A DNA stretch of 54,756 nucleotides, the filler included, from Streblomastix strix (Eukaryota), in the NCBI GenBank assembly GCA_008636045.1. It is 3 parts of 3 records of this genome, joined end to end, with 100 filler letters (N's around TTAATTAATTAA, not from the genome) between each part and the next. Parts side by side here need not be neighbours in the genome. Positions count along the whole stretch, not along the records: positions 1 to 18,190 come from SNRW01000631.1; 2 more parts are not named here. One strand, 5' to 3'. The notes beneath the pieces were generated by a model. It did no database searches and was not told the origin of the DNA. It saw only the letters and a program-made list of their open reading frames with translations. The position numbers and the translations under genes were made by a program. Of this stretch, positions 1-15,100 are shown piece after piece. Position 1 is the stretch's first letter; every line of letters starts with the position of its first letter.

Positions 1-77
1 AAGAGATAATTAAACTTATTCTATTATTTAATTTCAAATATATTCTATTTTTATAAATAAACTCTTCTTTTTAATAG

Positions 78-183
78 ATGGAGCGTTTCCACAAAGAATC
101 GACTGTCCAGATTCTTGCATTTGAAAAGATCGGTTCATCAACTCCGAATCGGCAGTTCAATCGCAGAAAAGCTCTGAGGTGGT
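78..183 (+). other. Possible terminal exon of a neighbouring gene cut by the contig end (mirrored at 18008-18113 on -)
   Basis: A ~100-nt GC-richer island in otherwise extremely AT-rich DNA, preceded by a pyrimidine-rich ...TTTTTAATAG acceptor-like sequence. Frame and product undetermined. Confidence 0.25.
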
Positions 184-881
184 GAAGATGAAGAAAGATA
201 ATAATGATTATGGTATAAAAGTTGAATAAAGGAAAAATTATTACATTTAAATCGGGAAGGATTATTGAATGGTACAAAATAAGTAGGGAAATAAATAATA
301 AGAAATAATTCTTAAATTTAGTATTATATGGTGATATTGAAAATAAAATCATACTAAATATAATTTTTTGATTTGTTCATAAATCTTTGTGTTAAATTTT
401 ATAATTATCAAATGAAATATAAACTATACCCAATTTTATTTAGCTAAAACACTCTATAATTTGTGATCAAAATGATTTTATAATGCAAGCCCTACTAGAA
501 CAAATTATTATTATATTAAAATTCATTGGTAAATAAATATCCTTGTCAACTTAAAAATTAATATGAATTGAGAACAAACAACTAATTAATATCTAGTAAG
601 TATAAATTTTATTTGATCTATTTAAAAAATATAGAAAAAATAATTATTTTGAAATGAATGATTAATAATTATTTGTTAGTAGTAAGCATATCAAATTAAG
701 ACTTAATAAAATTAATAAATTATTTATGAATTTGAAATTCTTAAAAAAAAGATATGCTTCCAATAACAATAATGAAATTAAGACTCACTTAACATATGAA
801 TGATCCTATTAAAACTATAAATTAAGATAAAATAAATAAATAAAATAAAAATATATTCGTATTAAATATTTATCTGTGTTT

Positions 882-3800
882 TCAATTTGACTCTTTCTTA
901 TCTTCTTCTTTCTCTCTCACAATTGCATTCTGTTCCTCAACAATTATATCTTCAATACTTCTATTTTGTTACAATTAAACAGGTTAAATAAATCGTTTTA
1001 ATTATTAAGAAAGTGGAAAATAAATAGTCAAATCCCATTTTGATGGGAGAGGGATATTATCTCTCAAATTCATTTAAAATTAATTGAAACAAGGAGTACA
1101 AGTAAGAAGTTGTTGATCTGGCGGAATTATATTCATAGATTCATCCCAAAGAATATCGTTCAATTTTCTCAACTATACAGGAACATATGCTCTGTAATCA
1201 CCATGTTAATAATTTCTAATTAAAATGAGAATGAAGATATTTAAATTTTATTTAAAAAAAATATATAAAAATAAACCTTATTTACATTTATTATCTAAGT
1301 GTTCCAGCTGCTATCGATGTTAATACTGCATTTGCATTTCGGAATTCGGGCTGCAATGTGTTAATAAGAGAATTAATGAATGGTTGGCGCAGGATCATTC
1401 CTAATTCAAGATTGATGAAATCAGGAGGCAACTAATATCGTGAATGAACAAGAAATTATGGTGGACTGGACTTTGTATGGGATCGGAACTTGGATAAGCT
1501 AGAGAAAATGCTAGAAAATGAATTGATGAATGATTCGCATTGTATGCTTTTGTCATTTGAAGTTGACTGTTTCTAAATAAAATCGCTCGCTTTCTCAACA
1601 AATTGATTACTTCTAAGTTCGCTTAGATATTATGCATGTTATGTTTCTACAATCATCTATTCAGTAGCAATTGTTGAATTGATAAACATTTCTCTTTCTT
1701 TCTTCTATTTCCTATCAATTAATATATGTTCAGCTTCTTCAATATCAGGAGGAGGAGATAGTTTCAGAATCTTTCGTATTCGATCTCTTTCACTCAATCT
1801 CCATCGTCTACGAATATCATCTTCTGCTGCAAGGAGTGTCATACTCTTTCGTAATTACCAAGGATCCATCGTGCGAGCTTATAAAAACTCTGCTGTCAGA
1901 GGTAATGGAGATAAACCAAATACAAGATCTCCATCAATGAAACGACCATTCTTAGCTGGAAATATTGGTTAGACGTAGTGCATTATTGGATGTTTTGGAA
2001 TTAACATCAATGTCCCTGTTTCCTCCAGTTCATTCCGTATCTCACTCATAACATATTTACGCCAATTCTTTTCTTCGAAAGAATTGTAGTCTTATATTAG
2101 TTTTATCTGATTATCAATCCAAATATTCCCAAAGTTCTATTGTAACTATAATAAAGTATCTGTCATCATTGACAAATCGCGTAGAGGTAATTGTTCATAA
2201 CGGAAAGGAACCGATCTTGCGCACCAACCAGATTTTGACAGCATCACAAATGATGGAATTTCAGGAAGAATCTGCATCGCATTAATCGGAGTTAATGCAT
2301 GCGTACTCATCATTAGTGAATTAGTTTCTCGTTCTAAGAGTAATGAACGCCTCTTCAATGAGTAATCTGCACGAATTGCATCAAATTATTACATTTAATA
2401 ATGATTTTGTTAACTTGATCCTGATTACTACAATTATTCCTCCAATCTTCGCTAATTTTCCATAAGACGCCGAATTGCTGCATATGAAATTTGAGCTGTG
2501 ATTGTTTTTGTCATCTCGCATTTTCCATACTGTTCTCGTGATTCAGATGCATTGTCAATTGTAGTGGCAGTATATACAGACATTTCATCGCAATCTTAAC
2601 GCATTTTAGAACTCAATTTAGACAATCGTCGCATTAGCTGTCCATGCATACCACCAAATAGAGAATGAAGTCCAATGGAAGAAGGAAACAGATATGTGAC
2701 ATTATTCTCAGTAGGAATTCGGATTGAGAGAACAAGACTGAAAACAGGATGACCTTTAATACTAAATTCTACATTAGCTCGATTCAATTTAATATTACGT
2801 AATTCTTCATCCATTTATTGAGCTTTTATTTCATCAACAAAAGATTGTTCATCTTCTTCTATTCCAATTCCAGTAACTACAAATCTTTTCTTTGCTATTC
2901 GTTTCTGTTCTTCGATTTCCTTCTGAGTGTTTTTGAGTTTCCTAAACAATCCCCAGTTGTGTGGATGGAACGAATTCGGTAAAAGACTGTATATAAGAAC
3001 TTCACGATCAGCTACAACTGCAATATTATTCATATCCAACATCTGCATAGATGTTAATAAAGAAGGTGTATGTCCATGTGCTATCAGAGTTAGAAAGCAT
3101 TCTGGTGTATGGGATAGAATTAATTTCTCATCTTAAGGTGGAATTTCAGATTATTGTGCATAATGAGAGAAAACAAGTTCTTCTTCATCTTAAGTCAAAA
3201 TTTGTCCTGCAAACTGAAATGTTTATTTCATCTTCATTAGTTTTTGACTTGCTATTAACAGTGGAACAAGTGAAGGTGGCTTTAATTTGTTTTCAATGCG
3301 TTTTATATGATCATTCTCAGTTTCAGAATTGTTATAAACTTTTGGAATATAATGAATAGCATTTTATGTAGATTTCTTTAATATTTCAAGAGTTGCCGAA
3401 TAGTGTTAAAAATTATTTAAATTTCTTCGTTTTCCCCCTTTCAAACTTTCATGAATGCTGTTTGGTTTAAATATACAGAATTTTTAAATGTTCTTAATTT
3501 CAGTTTCTACAGAAAATGGGTATTTTTCTTTATAACGAAAATCCATCATCATTATACCACATGGGGCATATGCAATAGAAAATCTCATGATCCACCACAT
3601 TCTCTGATAATACGGATGAAGGAAGTTTCTTACATAGTCCATAAATTAGGGAAAAGGTACAGCATATCGAGGGAATCGGTCGGTATGTTTTTCAAATGAA
3701 TCATATAAGTACATATATTACCTACCGAAAATTGGATGGATTGAAAAGGATGTAATGTAAGATGGTGCTACAATAAAAGTCAGTAATTTTAAATATAAAC

Positions 3801-6800
3801 TTCGTGCTTATACTGCTGGAGACATTATTACTGTTCGATCAGATGAAATATCTGCTTAAACTGGATAAGGATTAGCTTTGATGTTAGATTATTCAGTTTC
3901 CGGATTAATAAAGCTGTTTGATGAATTTTTTGTCTAAGTAAGATGTGGTGATTATACAGTTGTAACTGTTGAATAAATTGAATCTAACAAGAAATCATGA
4001 ATATTGCGAACTTCACTAACATCAAAGTGATAAGGGAAAGTTGTACTAATCTACTGTTGTTCGTTGTATACTGATGTTGTACATGAGCAGAAGTCATTTC
4101 TTGTGTTAATCAATTTCTTCTTCTCTCCATTTTCTTTGTTATCATCGAGAATATCTCCAGTCTGAAATCCAAAAATAAAGACTGCTTTTCCATTAAAAAC
4201 TACCAGCATTGATGGATCTGCAACAAGACTTTGAACACCACCCATGACCCTGATCCTCTTCAATAATACAATATTCAGATTTATAAATCTTGTTTCATCC
4301 ATCTATAAGTTATTAACTGATATTTCTATACGAGGAACATTCAGACGAACATCCATTCTGCCAAACAAAGAATTCTACTTTTCATTTACACTATTTAATT
4401 TTTATATATCATCTGAATGTTCAAGCTTCTATGACGATCCATTATAAATACGATTAAATATATGATTGGCAATACGCTTATCATATCCTGTTTATGTATG
4501 GCGCGTAACTTCAAAAATAAGGATATCAGTAAATGATGTTTCACTTGGATTTGATTACTACACCTCTTACAAATCATTATTTATACAAGAATATTAGTTT
4601 TTAGAATTGTTACTTTATTTTGAAGGATCGATGTTATATTCTAGCATTCCTATATTATTCTATCTACCAGCTACACATATAAGTGTACGTGCATATATTT
4701 AATCCATTTCATATGCATGCATTAATCTTCCCATTTGTTATATTTTTGTATTATTTCGTGATTATTACTATTATTTCCAATATTATTTGAAACTCTCTTA
4801 TATAATATTATTCTTATCGCTAAATTTTGAATCGCCTTTAATTAAATCTGGATTAATTTCTCTTTCATTAGATGAATTACGATTTAAATTATCTTATTCT
4901 TTTCTCCATTCTTCAATCACTTTCACACTTTTGTCCATTGCTTGTTCCATAATTTCTTAATCCAATATCCTTATTTCTTTCACAGCTTTGCGAGTAGGAA
5001 CTACGAGACTAGTCATACCATAAAAATTATACATATCAAACTTTGATATCTATTATTCAGTCTAAAGAGAATTTGGAGGATTTACATTTGAATTATTTGA
5101 AATGTCTTTTGTTGATGCTTGATGAAGTTTTTATTGAAAAGATTTTATACTGTGTGTGCGATTATGTTTAAATCTTCTTTGATGGCTGTCACTATTCTAC
5201 TCAAGTATATTAGATATTGACTCTGGTGATGAATCGGCTGCAGTTTCAAGTGGAAGACCTTCAAGAACTACCATTTTGCTAAGAGAAATATATCCAATTT
5301 GAAACTACATATCAGCTTCATCGAATATTAGAAGTGAATAATTTCCATTCATATTCTTAATTTCTTATGTTACATTTAGCGATTATTAAAATGTAGATGA
5401 AGATGATTCTAATGGTACTGAATGATCTATCTTTAATGGAATATTTTATTGTTGTTAAACTTCATTTAGATTTTGTTGTATTGTATTTTCATCTTTAATT
5501 TTCTCTAAACTGTTAAAATTTTATGCATATTAGCTTAATTATTTCATTGTTCGAAGTTAAACCTTTGCCATATCTACTTCAACTTTCTTATTAAATAAAA
5601 TTGAATTATTATTTTCATTTTCAGTTTTTTTCATATATTATGGATCTTTAGATATCAACTATCTTGGTGATAAATATTTAATGAATCCTGAATTTTTATT
5701 ATTCAATATATTATTTTGCATTGTTTTCTGTAGGAGTATTTACTTTTCAATCATTTTATCATCTATCCAAGAAGGAATTGTACAACTAAAGTTTATTCCA
5801 GGCGAATAGCACAAAGAATCGATAAATTGATTATCAGGGAGAATGTGTTTGGATCGATAATTTCTCGCAAACATTGCGTGCTTATCTGCATAATGATCAG
5901 CAGCAAGATCAGTAAAAGGAATTCCATTCGTATCATAAGTTGGAGCTGACATTTGCATCATGGCTGTGCGAATTGTGGCAGACTTTTCATTTCTTGCACA
6001 AATATCAGCTTCACAATCAATTGTAATTTCATCTTCTTTTGATTCTAATTATAATTCATTTTGTAGTTCTAAGTTTCTTTTTGATTTCAATTCTTATTTC
6101 TTTTTCAGATATTGCTCAATAATCCTTCGAAATGGTGTTTCTCTACAAAAACCAATATTTGCAAGACCAGAAATATCCAATCCTAATCCTTCAATTCCAT
6201 AATTACGACGCAATTTACAAATCCTTTCTTTACTTTCTATTTCTTTTTTCTTCATTCTTGCATGTGTTTAAGCATTTATATCATTTACTTCAGTAATATC
6301 ACTTTCAATGCACCGATTTTCATTTGCATCATCTTTTTCAGACTTTTATTTATCTAATTCAACAAAAAATGGTGTTTATTTTTAAATTATTTATTACTTA
6401 TTTCCTTCTATTTCTCTTCCAATGTTTTGATCATTCATAAAATAGGGATATATTGATTATTCTCTAACAAGAACAGCGATAGCATGTAGAGAAGGAAGAT
6501 AAGTGATCTAAATAGGTGAACTAGGAAGATCTTTCACAATTCTGTTCATTCGGCGTCTTTTATCAATTGTTCCATATGTAAGTGTATGAGTAGATCCTCC
6601 AATCCATGCCATAGAAGGTAAAAGGAGTGTGTCCGTTTCGTCTTTCAGATCTTAATCATCATATTTTGCTTAGCTATCACTGCTACCTATAGATTTAGAT
6701 GCAATATCTTCTTGTTCAATTTATTATTGGATATTCTCATTGTTTTCTTCATCGCCAAAATCATTTCTTTGTTTTTGAACCTTCTTAAATCTTCGAATTT

Positions 6801-8993
6801 TCTTTTATTGATGTTCATATTTCATTCGTAAAAGTTGTTTTCTTTATTTTCTCTTTCGAAGCCGCCTTCTGATTTATCTCGCTTCACGATCATCATCAAC
6901 ACATATTGGAGCAACAGATCCAATTCCACCATTGGCACTCAAAGAATGAAATACAATCTAACAATATTTAGAATTAAATTCCATAATTTGAGTTCGTTCT
7001 CCTTTCACATAGATATATTAATTATCTTCTATTAATTCTATTGGTTCTCTTCCCATTGAAAAGAATTGCATTAAAGGAGGGAAATGAAATGTTGTTAGAG
7101 TTGTTTGTCTTGTAATAATTGCCTGAATTGATTCAGTTGATGTAGTATAATCAATGGGTGCTTATTCAAGCATAAGAGCTGCTAGCGGAATGCAAGTGAA
7201 AGCAACCTGTCCAAATTATCCCCCAATTACAATCACAGCTCCATCATTCTCTCTATATTGACCACATCTTCTTTACTTCTCCCATGGAATAGGATTTTAT
7301 GAAATAGTTGTATTTAATGATTCTTTTCTTTTACGATTAAAAGTTTTATATGATATATAATTAGAATCACTGTTGCTTTTTGTGAGCTTGATCTCGTTTC
7401 CTGAAGAACTGTTTGATTATGAAATCTATGAATTTAATTCATCAGCAGATTTGTTATTTTCTTATTTGTTTTCTTAACTTGTGTCGATCAAAGTTCGTTT
7501 TGTACTGCCAAATAATTTCTATTCATTAATTTCCATAACTGATTCATCAGGAAAAATGTTTTCTTCACTTCCAAGTTTTCGTATATGTCTTTCAAAAGTA
7601 GTGAGAACACATGTGTGTGCATAATCATTCAGTTCTACATCAAACACACGAACTAATGTCAAATAAGAACTGTTAATATTAGCCAAGAATTTCCCACTGT
7701 TTTCATCTGTCTCAATGAATCAACCTGAATGTGAAGTATTAATATTCATATCTGGTCGCTTGATGAAAGGATAACTAAACTTTCCATATCCATAGCAGAT
7801 ATTTTTGTTTGTAAAATTCCACATGTTCTCTCTTTCAATTATAGCAGTTCGTGCATTCTCATTCGTATCAAGTCGATAAGCTTGTGCAACTGCAGGATTT
7901 TCAAAACAGACCACAATAAAATGTCTTCCACATATCACTGATGTTGCAAGTGACGTAACTTATGATGGACCTTTTATTGTTGCAAGTGTGGTCAACACTT
8001 GTGGCATAATCCAAACATTTCTCTACAGTTTAATTTGTTCATAATTTAAGTTTCTTTGATTTTAATTATTTTCCAGTTAATCATCTTTTTCAACTTTGTT
8101 ATTCATATTTTAATTTAAAAATTTGGTAGATATCTTCTTTCCCTCATTCCCCATCGCTATAGCTGTAAGTTGCGTAATAGGAGCCCATGATTAATTTGGC
8201 CATTCCTTGCACAAGAGCTGAGGAATTGCAGGATGCCAGAGAAGTACATATGCAACACGCTTGTGTGATATAACAATTATATTATCCCCAATTGCACCAT
8301 GTTCTAATTATGCTCCTTCTGTATGACCAATATTTGTTTCTCCTAGTTCACACATAATGCACTATTCTTTTGTAAGCAATGGAGGTGAATGCCAAACCAA
8401 TCTATGGTTTGAGTCAATGTTTCTTTAATTTATATTCAAAGTCATTCGAATGTTGCCAATTCTCTAAGATACAACACCCCTTCTGTGTCGAGCTTCAGCA
8501 TGTGTAAGCGAATAGTTTGGAATGTGAGATCTAATTGGTCCTATTGATGTAGAAGATGAAACAGATGATGCTGTTGATATTGAAGATGCGGATGAATTAA
8601 ATTATTATTGAGAGATGTTATTTTGATAATTAAAAGATGAGGTTGAATTAGTAACTGTATGTTCTAAAATTTATTCTTTTTCATTTTAATATTTATTTTT
8701 CTCTTTAATTTCATTTTATGTGTTAGTATTATTAACATCGCAAATTTTTCGGCTTATTTACCCTACATATCTTAAAGTTGGAATTACAATGATTTCTCCA
8801 GGACTAATTATTACTAATGCACCTTATGCTTCATGAAATGCAACAACTTTTCCTTCAGTTTTAATTCCAATATCTTCGTTCTTTAGAGCTGAAAGTTAAT
8901 TCTTATTGATTATAAATACTTTGCTCAGTATTCTTTCTTCTGTTTAATTAGCTATAATTTTACTAAAAATTTAAGAATTTGGGATTGGTTCTT
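882..8993 (-). pseudogene. 5'-truncated mirror copy of the large orphan gene
   Basis: Reverse complement of 9198-17309. It lacks the N-terminal codons, which lie in the loop on the + strand only. Confidence 0.75.
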
Positions 8994-9197
8994 AGAATTA
9001 AGTTATACAAGTTGATTTTAAATTTATACTATTTGGAGATTCTTTTTTTTATTAATGAGTAGCTTAAGCTTAAACAAGAATGATATTACGAAGAGTTGAT
9101 CCTGAATATAGTCGACAGCTCCTAATAAATGAGTGTTTTCCAAGGTATGAAGTTTCAATCAGCGGTCGAAGCTTTTTACTAATATTAATAAGATGTA
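8994..9197. other. 204-bp non-palindromic loop of the fold-back
   Basis: Unique sequence. Its + strand is in frame with the right-arm ORF (ATG at 9080: MILRRVDPEYSRQLLINECFPRYEV...). Confidence 0.9.
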
Positions 9198-12100
9198 AAG
9201 AACCAATCCCAAATTCTTAAATTTTTAGTAAAATTATAGCTAATTAAACAGAAGAAAGAATACTGAGCAAAGTATTTATAATCAATAAGAATTAACTTTC
9301 AGCTCTAAAGAACGAAGATATTGGAATTAAAACTGAAGGAAAAGTTGTTGCATTTCATGAAGCATAAGGTGCATTAGTAATAATTAGTCCTGGAGAAATC
9401 ATTGTAATTCCAACTTTAAGATATGTAGGGTAAATAAGCCGAAAAATTTGCGATGTTAATAATACTAACACATAAAATGAAATTAAAGAGAAAAATAAAT
9501 ATTAAAATGAAAAAGAATAAATTTTAGAACATACAGTTACTAATTCAACCTCATCTTTTAATTATCAAAATAACATCTCTCAATAATAATTTAATTCATC
9601 CGCATCTTCAATATCAACAGCATCATCTGTTTCATCTTCTACATCAATAGGACCAATTAGATCTCACATTCCAAACTATTCGCTTACACATGCTGAAGCT
9701 CGACACAGAAGGGGTGTTGTATCTTAGAGAATTGGCAACATTCGAATGACTTTGAATATAAATTAAAGAAACATTGACTCAAACCATAGATTGGTTTGGC
9801 ATTCACCTCCATTGCTTACAAAAGAATAGTGCATTATGTGTGAACTAGGAGAAACAAATATTGGTCATACAGAAGGAGCATAATTAGAACATGGTGCAAT
9901 TGGGGATAATATAATTGTTATATCACACAAGCGTGTTGCATATGTACTTCTCTGGCATCCTGCAATTCCTCAGCTCTTGTGCAAGGAATGGCCAAATTAA
10001 TCATGGGCTCCTATTACGCAACTTACAGCTATAGCGATGGGGAATGAGGGAAAGAAGATATCTACCAAATTTTTAAATTAAAATATGAATAACAAAGTTG
10101 AAAAAGATGATTAACTGGAAAATAATTAAAATCAAAGAAACTTAAATTATGAACAAATTAAACTGTAGAGAAATGTTTGGATTATGCCACAAGTGTTGAC
10201 CACACTTGCAACAATAAAAGGTCCATCATAAGTTACGTCACTTGCAACATCAGTGATATGTGGAAGACATTTTATTGTGGTCTGTTTTGAAAATCCTGCA
10301 GTTGCACAAGCTTATCGACTTGATACGAATGAGAATGCACGAACTGCTATAATTGAAAGAGAGAACATGTGGAATTTTACAAACAAAAATATCTGCTATG
10401 GATATGGAAAGTTTAGTTATCCTTTCATCAAGCGACCAGATATGAATATTAATACTTCACATTCAGGTTGATTCATTGAGACAGATGAAAACAGTGGGAA
10501 ATTCTTGGCTAATATTAACAGTTCTTATTTGACATTAGTTCGTGTGTTTGATGTAGAACTGAATGATTATGCACACACATGTGTTCTCACTACTTTTGAA
10601 AGACATATACGAAAACTTGGAAGTGAAGAAAACATTTTTCCTGATGAATCAGTTATGGAAATTAATGAATAGAAATTATTTGGCAGTACAAAACGAACTT
10701 TGATCGACACAAGTTAAGAAAACAAATAAGAAAATAACAAATCTGCTGATGAATTAAATTCATAGATTTCATAATCAAACAGTTCTTCAGGAAACGAGAT
10801 CAAGCTCACAAAAAGCAACAGTGATTCTAATTATATATCATATAAAACTTTTAATCGTAAAAGAAAAGAATCATTAAATACAACTATTTCATAAAATCCT
10901 ATTCCATGGGAGAAGTAAAGAAGATGTGGTCAATATAGAGAGAATGATGGAGCTGTGATTGTAATTGGGGGATAATTTGGACAGGTTGCTTTCACTTGCA
11001 TTCCGCTAGCAGCTCTTATGCTTGAATAAGCACCCATTGATTATACTACATCAACTGAATCAATTCAGGCAATTATTACAAGACAAACAACTCTAACAAC
11101 ATTTCATTTCCCTCCTTTAATGCAATTCTTTTCAATGGGAAGAGAACCAATAGAATTAATAGAAGATAATTAATATATCTATGTGAAAGGAGAACGAACT
11201 CAAATTATGGAATTTAATTCTAAATATTGTTAGATTGTATTTCATTCTTTGAGTGCCAATGGTGGAATTGGATCTGTTGCTCCAATATGTGTTGATGATG
11301 ATCGTGAAGCGAGATAAATCAGAAGGCGGCTTCGAAAGAGAAAATAAAGAAAACAACTTTTACGAATGAAATATGAACATCAATAAAAGAAAATTCGAAG
11401 ATTTAAGAAGGTTCAAAAACAAAGAAATGATTTTGGCGATGAAGAAAACAATGAGAATATCCAATAATAAATTGAACAAGAAGATATTGCATCTAAATCT
11501 ATAGGTAGCAGTGATAGCTAAGCAAAATATGATGATTAAGATCTGAAAGACGAAACGGACACACTCCTTTTACCTTCTATGGCATGGATTGGAGGATCTA
11601 CTCATACACTTACATATGGAACAATTGATAAAAGACGCCGAATGAACAGAATTGTGAAAGATCTTCCTAGTTCACCTATTTAGATCACTTATCTTCCTTC
11701 TCTACATGCTATCGCTGTTCTTGTTAGAGAATAATCAATATATCCCTATTTTATGAATGATCAAAACATTGGAAGAGAAATAGAAGGAAATAAGTAATAA
11801 ATAATTTAAAAATAAACACCATTTTTTGTTGAATTAGATAAATAAAAGTCTGAAAAAGATGATGCAAATGAAAATCGGTGCATTGAAAGTGATATTACTG
11901 AAGTAAATGATATAAATGCTTAAACACATGCAAGAATGAAGAAAAAAGAAATAGAAAGTAAAGAAAGGATTTGTAAATTGCGTCGTAATTATGGAATTGA
12001 AGGATTAGGATTGGATATTTCTGGTCTTGCAAATATTGGTTTTTGTAGAGAAACACCATTTCGAAGGATTATTGAGCAATATCTGAAAAAGAAATAAGAA

Positions 12101-15100
12101 TTGAAATCAAAAAGAAACTTAGAACTACAAAATGAATTATAATTAGAATCAAAAGAAGATGAAATTACAATTGATTGTGAAGCTGATATTTGTGCAAGAA
12201 ATGAAAAGTCTGCCACAATTCGCACAGCCATGATGCAAATGTCAGCTCCAACTTATGATACGAATGGAATTCCTTTTACTGATCTTGCTGCTGATCATTA
12301 TGCAGATAAGCACGCAATGTTTGCGAGAAATTATCGATCCAAACACATTCTCCCTGATAATCAATTTATCGATTCTTTGTGCTATTCGCCTGGAATAAAC
12401 TTTAGTTGTACAATTCCTTCTTGGATAGATGATAAAATGATTGAAAAGTAAATACTCCTACAGAAAACAATGCAAAATAATATATTGAATAATAAAAATT
12501 CAGGATTCATTAAATATTTATCACCAAGATAGTTGATATCTAAAGATCCATAATATATGAAAAAAACTGAAAATGAAAATAATAATTCAATTTTATTTAA
12601 TAAGAAAGTTGAAGTAGATATGGCAAAGGTTTAACTTCGAACAATGAAATAATTAAGCTAATATGCATAAAATTTTAACAGTTTAGAGAAAATTAAAGAT
12701 GAAAATACAATACAACAAAATCTAAATGAAGTTTAACAACAATAAAATATTCCATTAAAGATAGATCATTCAGTACCATTAGAATCATCTTCATCTACAT
12801 TTTAATAATCGCTAAATGTAACATAAGAAATTAAGAATATGAATGGAAATTATTCACTTCTAATATTCGATGAAGCTGATATGTAGTTTCAAATTGGATA
12901 TATTTCTCTTAGCAAAATGGTAGTTCTTGAAGGTCTTCCACTTGAAACTGCAGCCGATTCATCACCAGAGTCAATATCTAATATACTTGAGTAGAATAGT
13001 GACAGCCATCAAAGAAGATTTAAACATAATCGCACACACAGTATAAAATCTTTTCAATAAAAACTTCATCAAGCATCAACAAAAGACATTTCAAATAATT
13101 CAAATGTAAATCCTCCAAATTCTCTTTAGACTGAATAATAGATATCAAAGTTTGATATGTATAATTTTTATGGTATGACTAGTCTCGTAGTTCCTACTCG
13201 CAAAGCTGTGAAAGAAATAAGGATATTGGATTAAGAAATTATGGAACAAGCAATGGACAAAAGTGTGAAAGTGATTGAAGAATGGAGAAAAGAATAAGAT
13301 AATTTAAATCGTAATTCATCTAATGAAAGAGAAATTAATCCAGATTTAATTAAAGGCGATTCAAAATTTAGCGATAAGAATAATATTATATAAGAGAGTT
13401 TCAAATAATATTGGAAATAATAGTAATAATCACGAAATAATACAAAAATATAACAAATGGGAAGATTAATGCATGCATATGAAATGGATTAAATATATGC
13501 ACGTACACTTATATGTGTAGCTGGTAGATAGAATAATATAGGAATGCTAGAATATAACATCGATCCTTCAAAATAAAGTAACAATTCTAAAAACTAATAT
13601 TCTTGTATAAATAATGATTTGTAAGAGGTGTAGTAATCAAATCCAAGTGAAACATCATTTACTGATATCCTTATTTTTGAAGTTACGCGCCATACATAAA
13701 CAGGATATGATAAGCGTATTGCCAATCATATATTTAATCGTATTTATAATGGATCGTCATAGAAGCTTGAACATTCAGATGATATATAAAAATTAAATAG
13801 TGTAAATGAAAAGTAGAATTCTTTGTTTGGCAGAATGGATGTTCGTCTGAATGTTCCTCGTATAGAAATATCAGTTAATAACTTATAGATGGATGAAACA
13901 AGATTTATAAATCTGAATATTGTATTATTGAAGAGGATCAGGGTCATGGGTGGTGTTCAAAGTCTTGTTGCAGATCCATCAATGCTGGTAGTTTTTAATG
14001 GAAAAGCAGTCTTTATTTTTGGATTTCAGACTGGAGATATTCTCGATGATAACAAAGAAAATGGAGAGAAGAAGAAATTGATTAACACAAGAAATGACTT
14101 CTGCTCATGTACAACATCAGTATACAACGAACAACAGTAGATTAGTACAACTTTCCCTTATCACTTTGATGTTAGTGAAGTTCGCAATATTCATGATTTC
14201 TTGTTAGATTCAATTTATTCAACAGTTACAACTGTATAATCACCACATCTTACTTAGACAAAAAATTCATCAAACAGCTTTATTAATCCGGAAACTGAAT
14301 AATCTAACATCAAAGCTAATCCTTATCCAGTTTAAGCAGATATTTCATCTGATCGAACAGTAATAATGTCTCCAGCAGTATAAGCACGAAGTTTATATTT
14401 AAAATTACTGACTTTTATTGTAGCACCATCTTACATTACATCCTTTTCAATCCATCCAATTTTCGGTAGGTAATATATGTACTTATATGATTCATTTGAA
14501 AAACATACCGACCGATTCCCTCGATATGCTGTACCTTTTCCCTAATTTATGGACTATGTAAGAAACTTCCTTCATCCGTATTATCAGAGAATGTGGTGGA
14601 TCATGAGATTTTCTATTGCATATGCCCCATGTGGTATAATGATGATGGATTTTCGTTATAAAGAAAAATACCCATTTTCTGTAGAAACTGAAATTAAGAA
14701 CATTTAAAAATTCTGTATATTTAAACCAAACAGCATTCATGAAAGTTTGAAAGGGGGAAAACGAAGAAATTTAAATAATTTTTAACACTATTCGGCAACT
14801 CTTGAAATATTAAAGAAATCTACATAAAATGCTATTCATTATATTCCAAAAGTTTATAACAATTCTGAAACTGAGAATGATCATATAAAACGCATTGAAA
14901 ACAAATTAAAGCCACCTTCACTTGTTCCACTGTTAATAGCAAGTCAAAAACTAATGAAGATGAAATAAACATTTCAGTTTGCAGGACAAATTTTGACTTA
15001 AGATGAAGAAGAACTTGTTTTCTCTCATTATGCACAATAATCTGAAATTCCACCTTAAGATGAGAAATTAATTCTATCCCATACACCAGAATGCTTTCTA

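Larger units (their letters stand above)
1..8993. repeat. Left arm of a giant inverted repeat (position x pairs with 18191-x)
   Basis: Every ORF in the track has an identical mirrored partner whose coordinates sum to 18191 (e.g. 71..352- and 17839..18120+). Base-level symmetry holds to 8993/9198 and fails at 8994/9197. Confidence 0.97.
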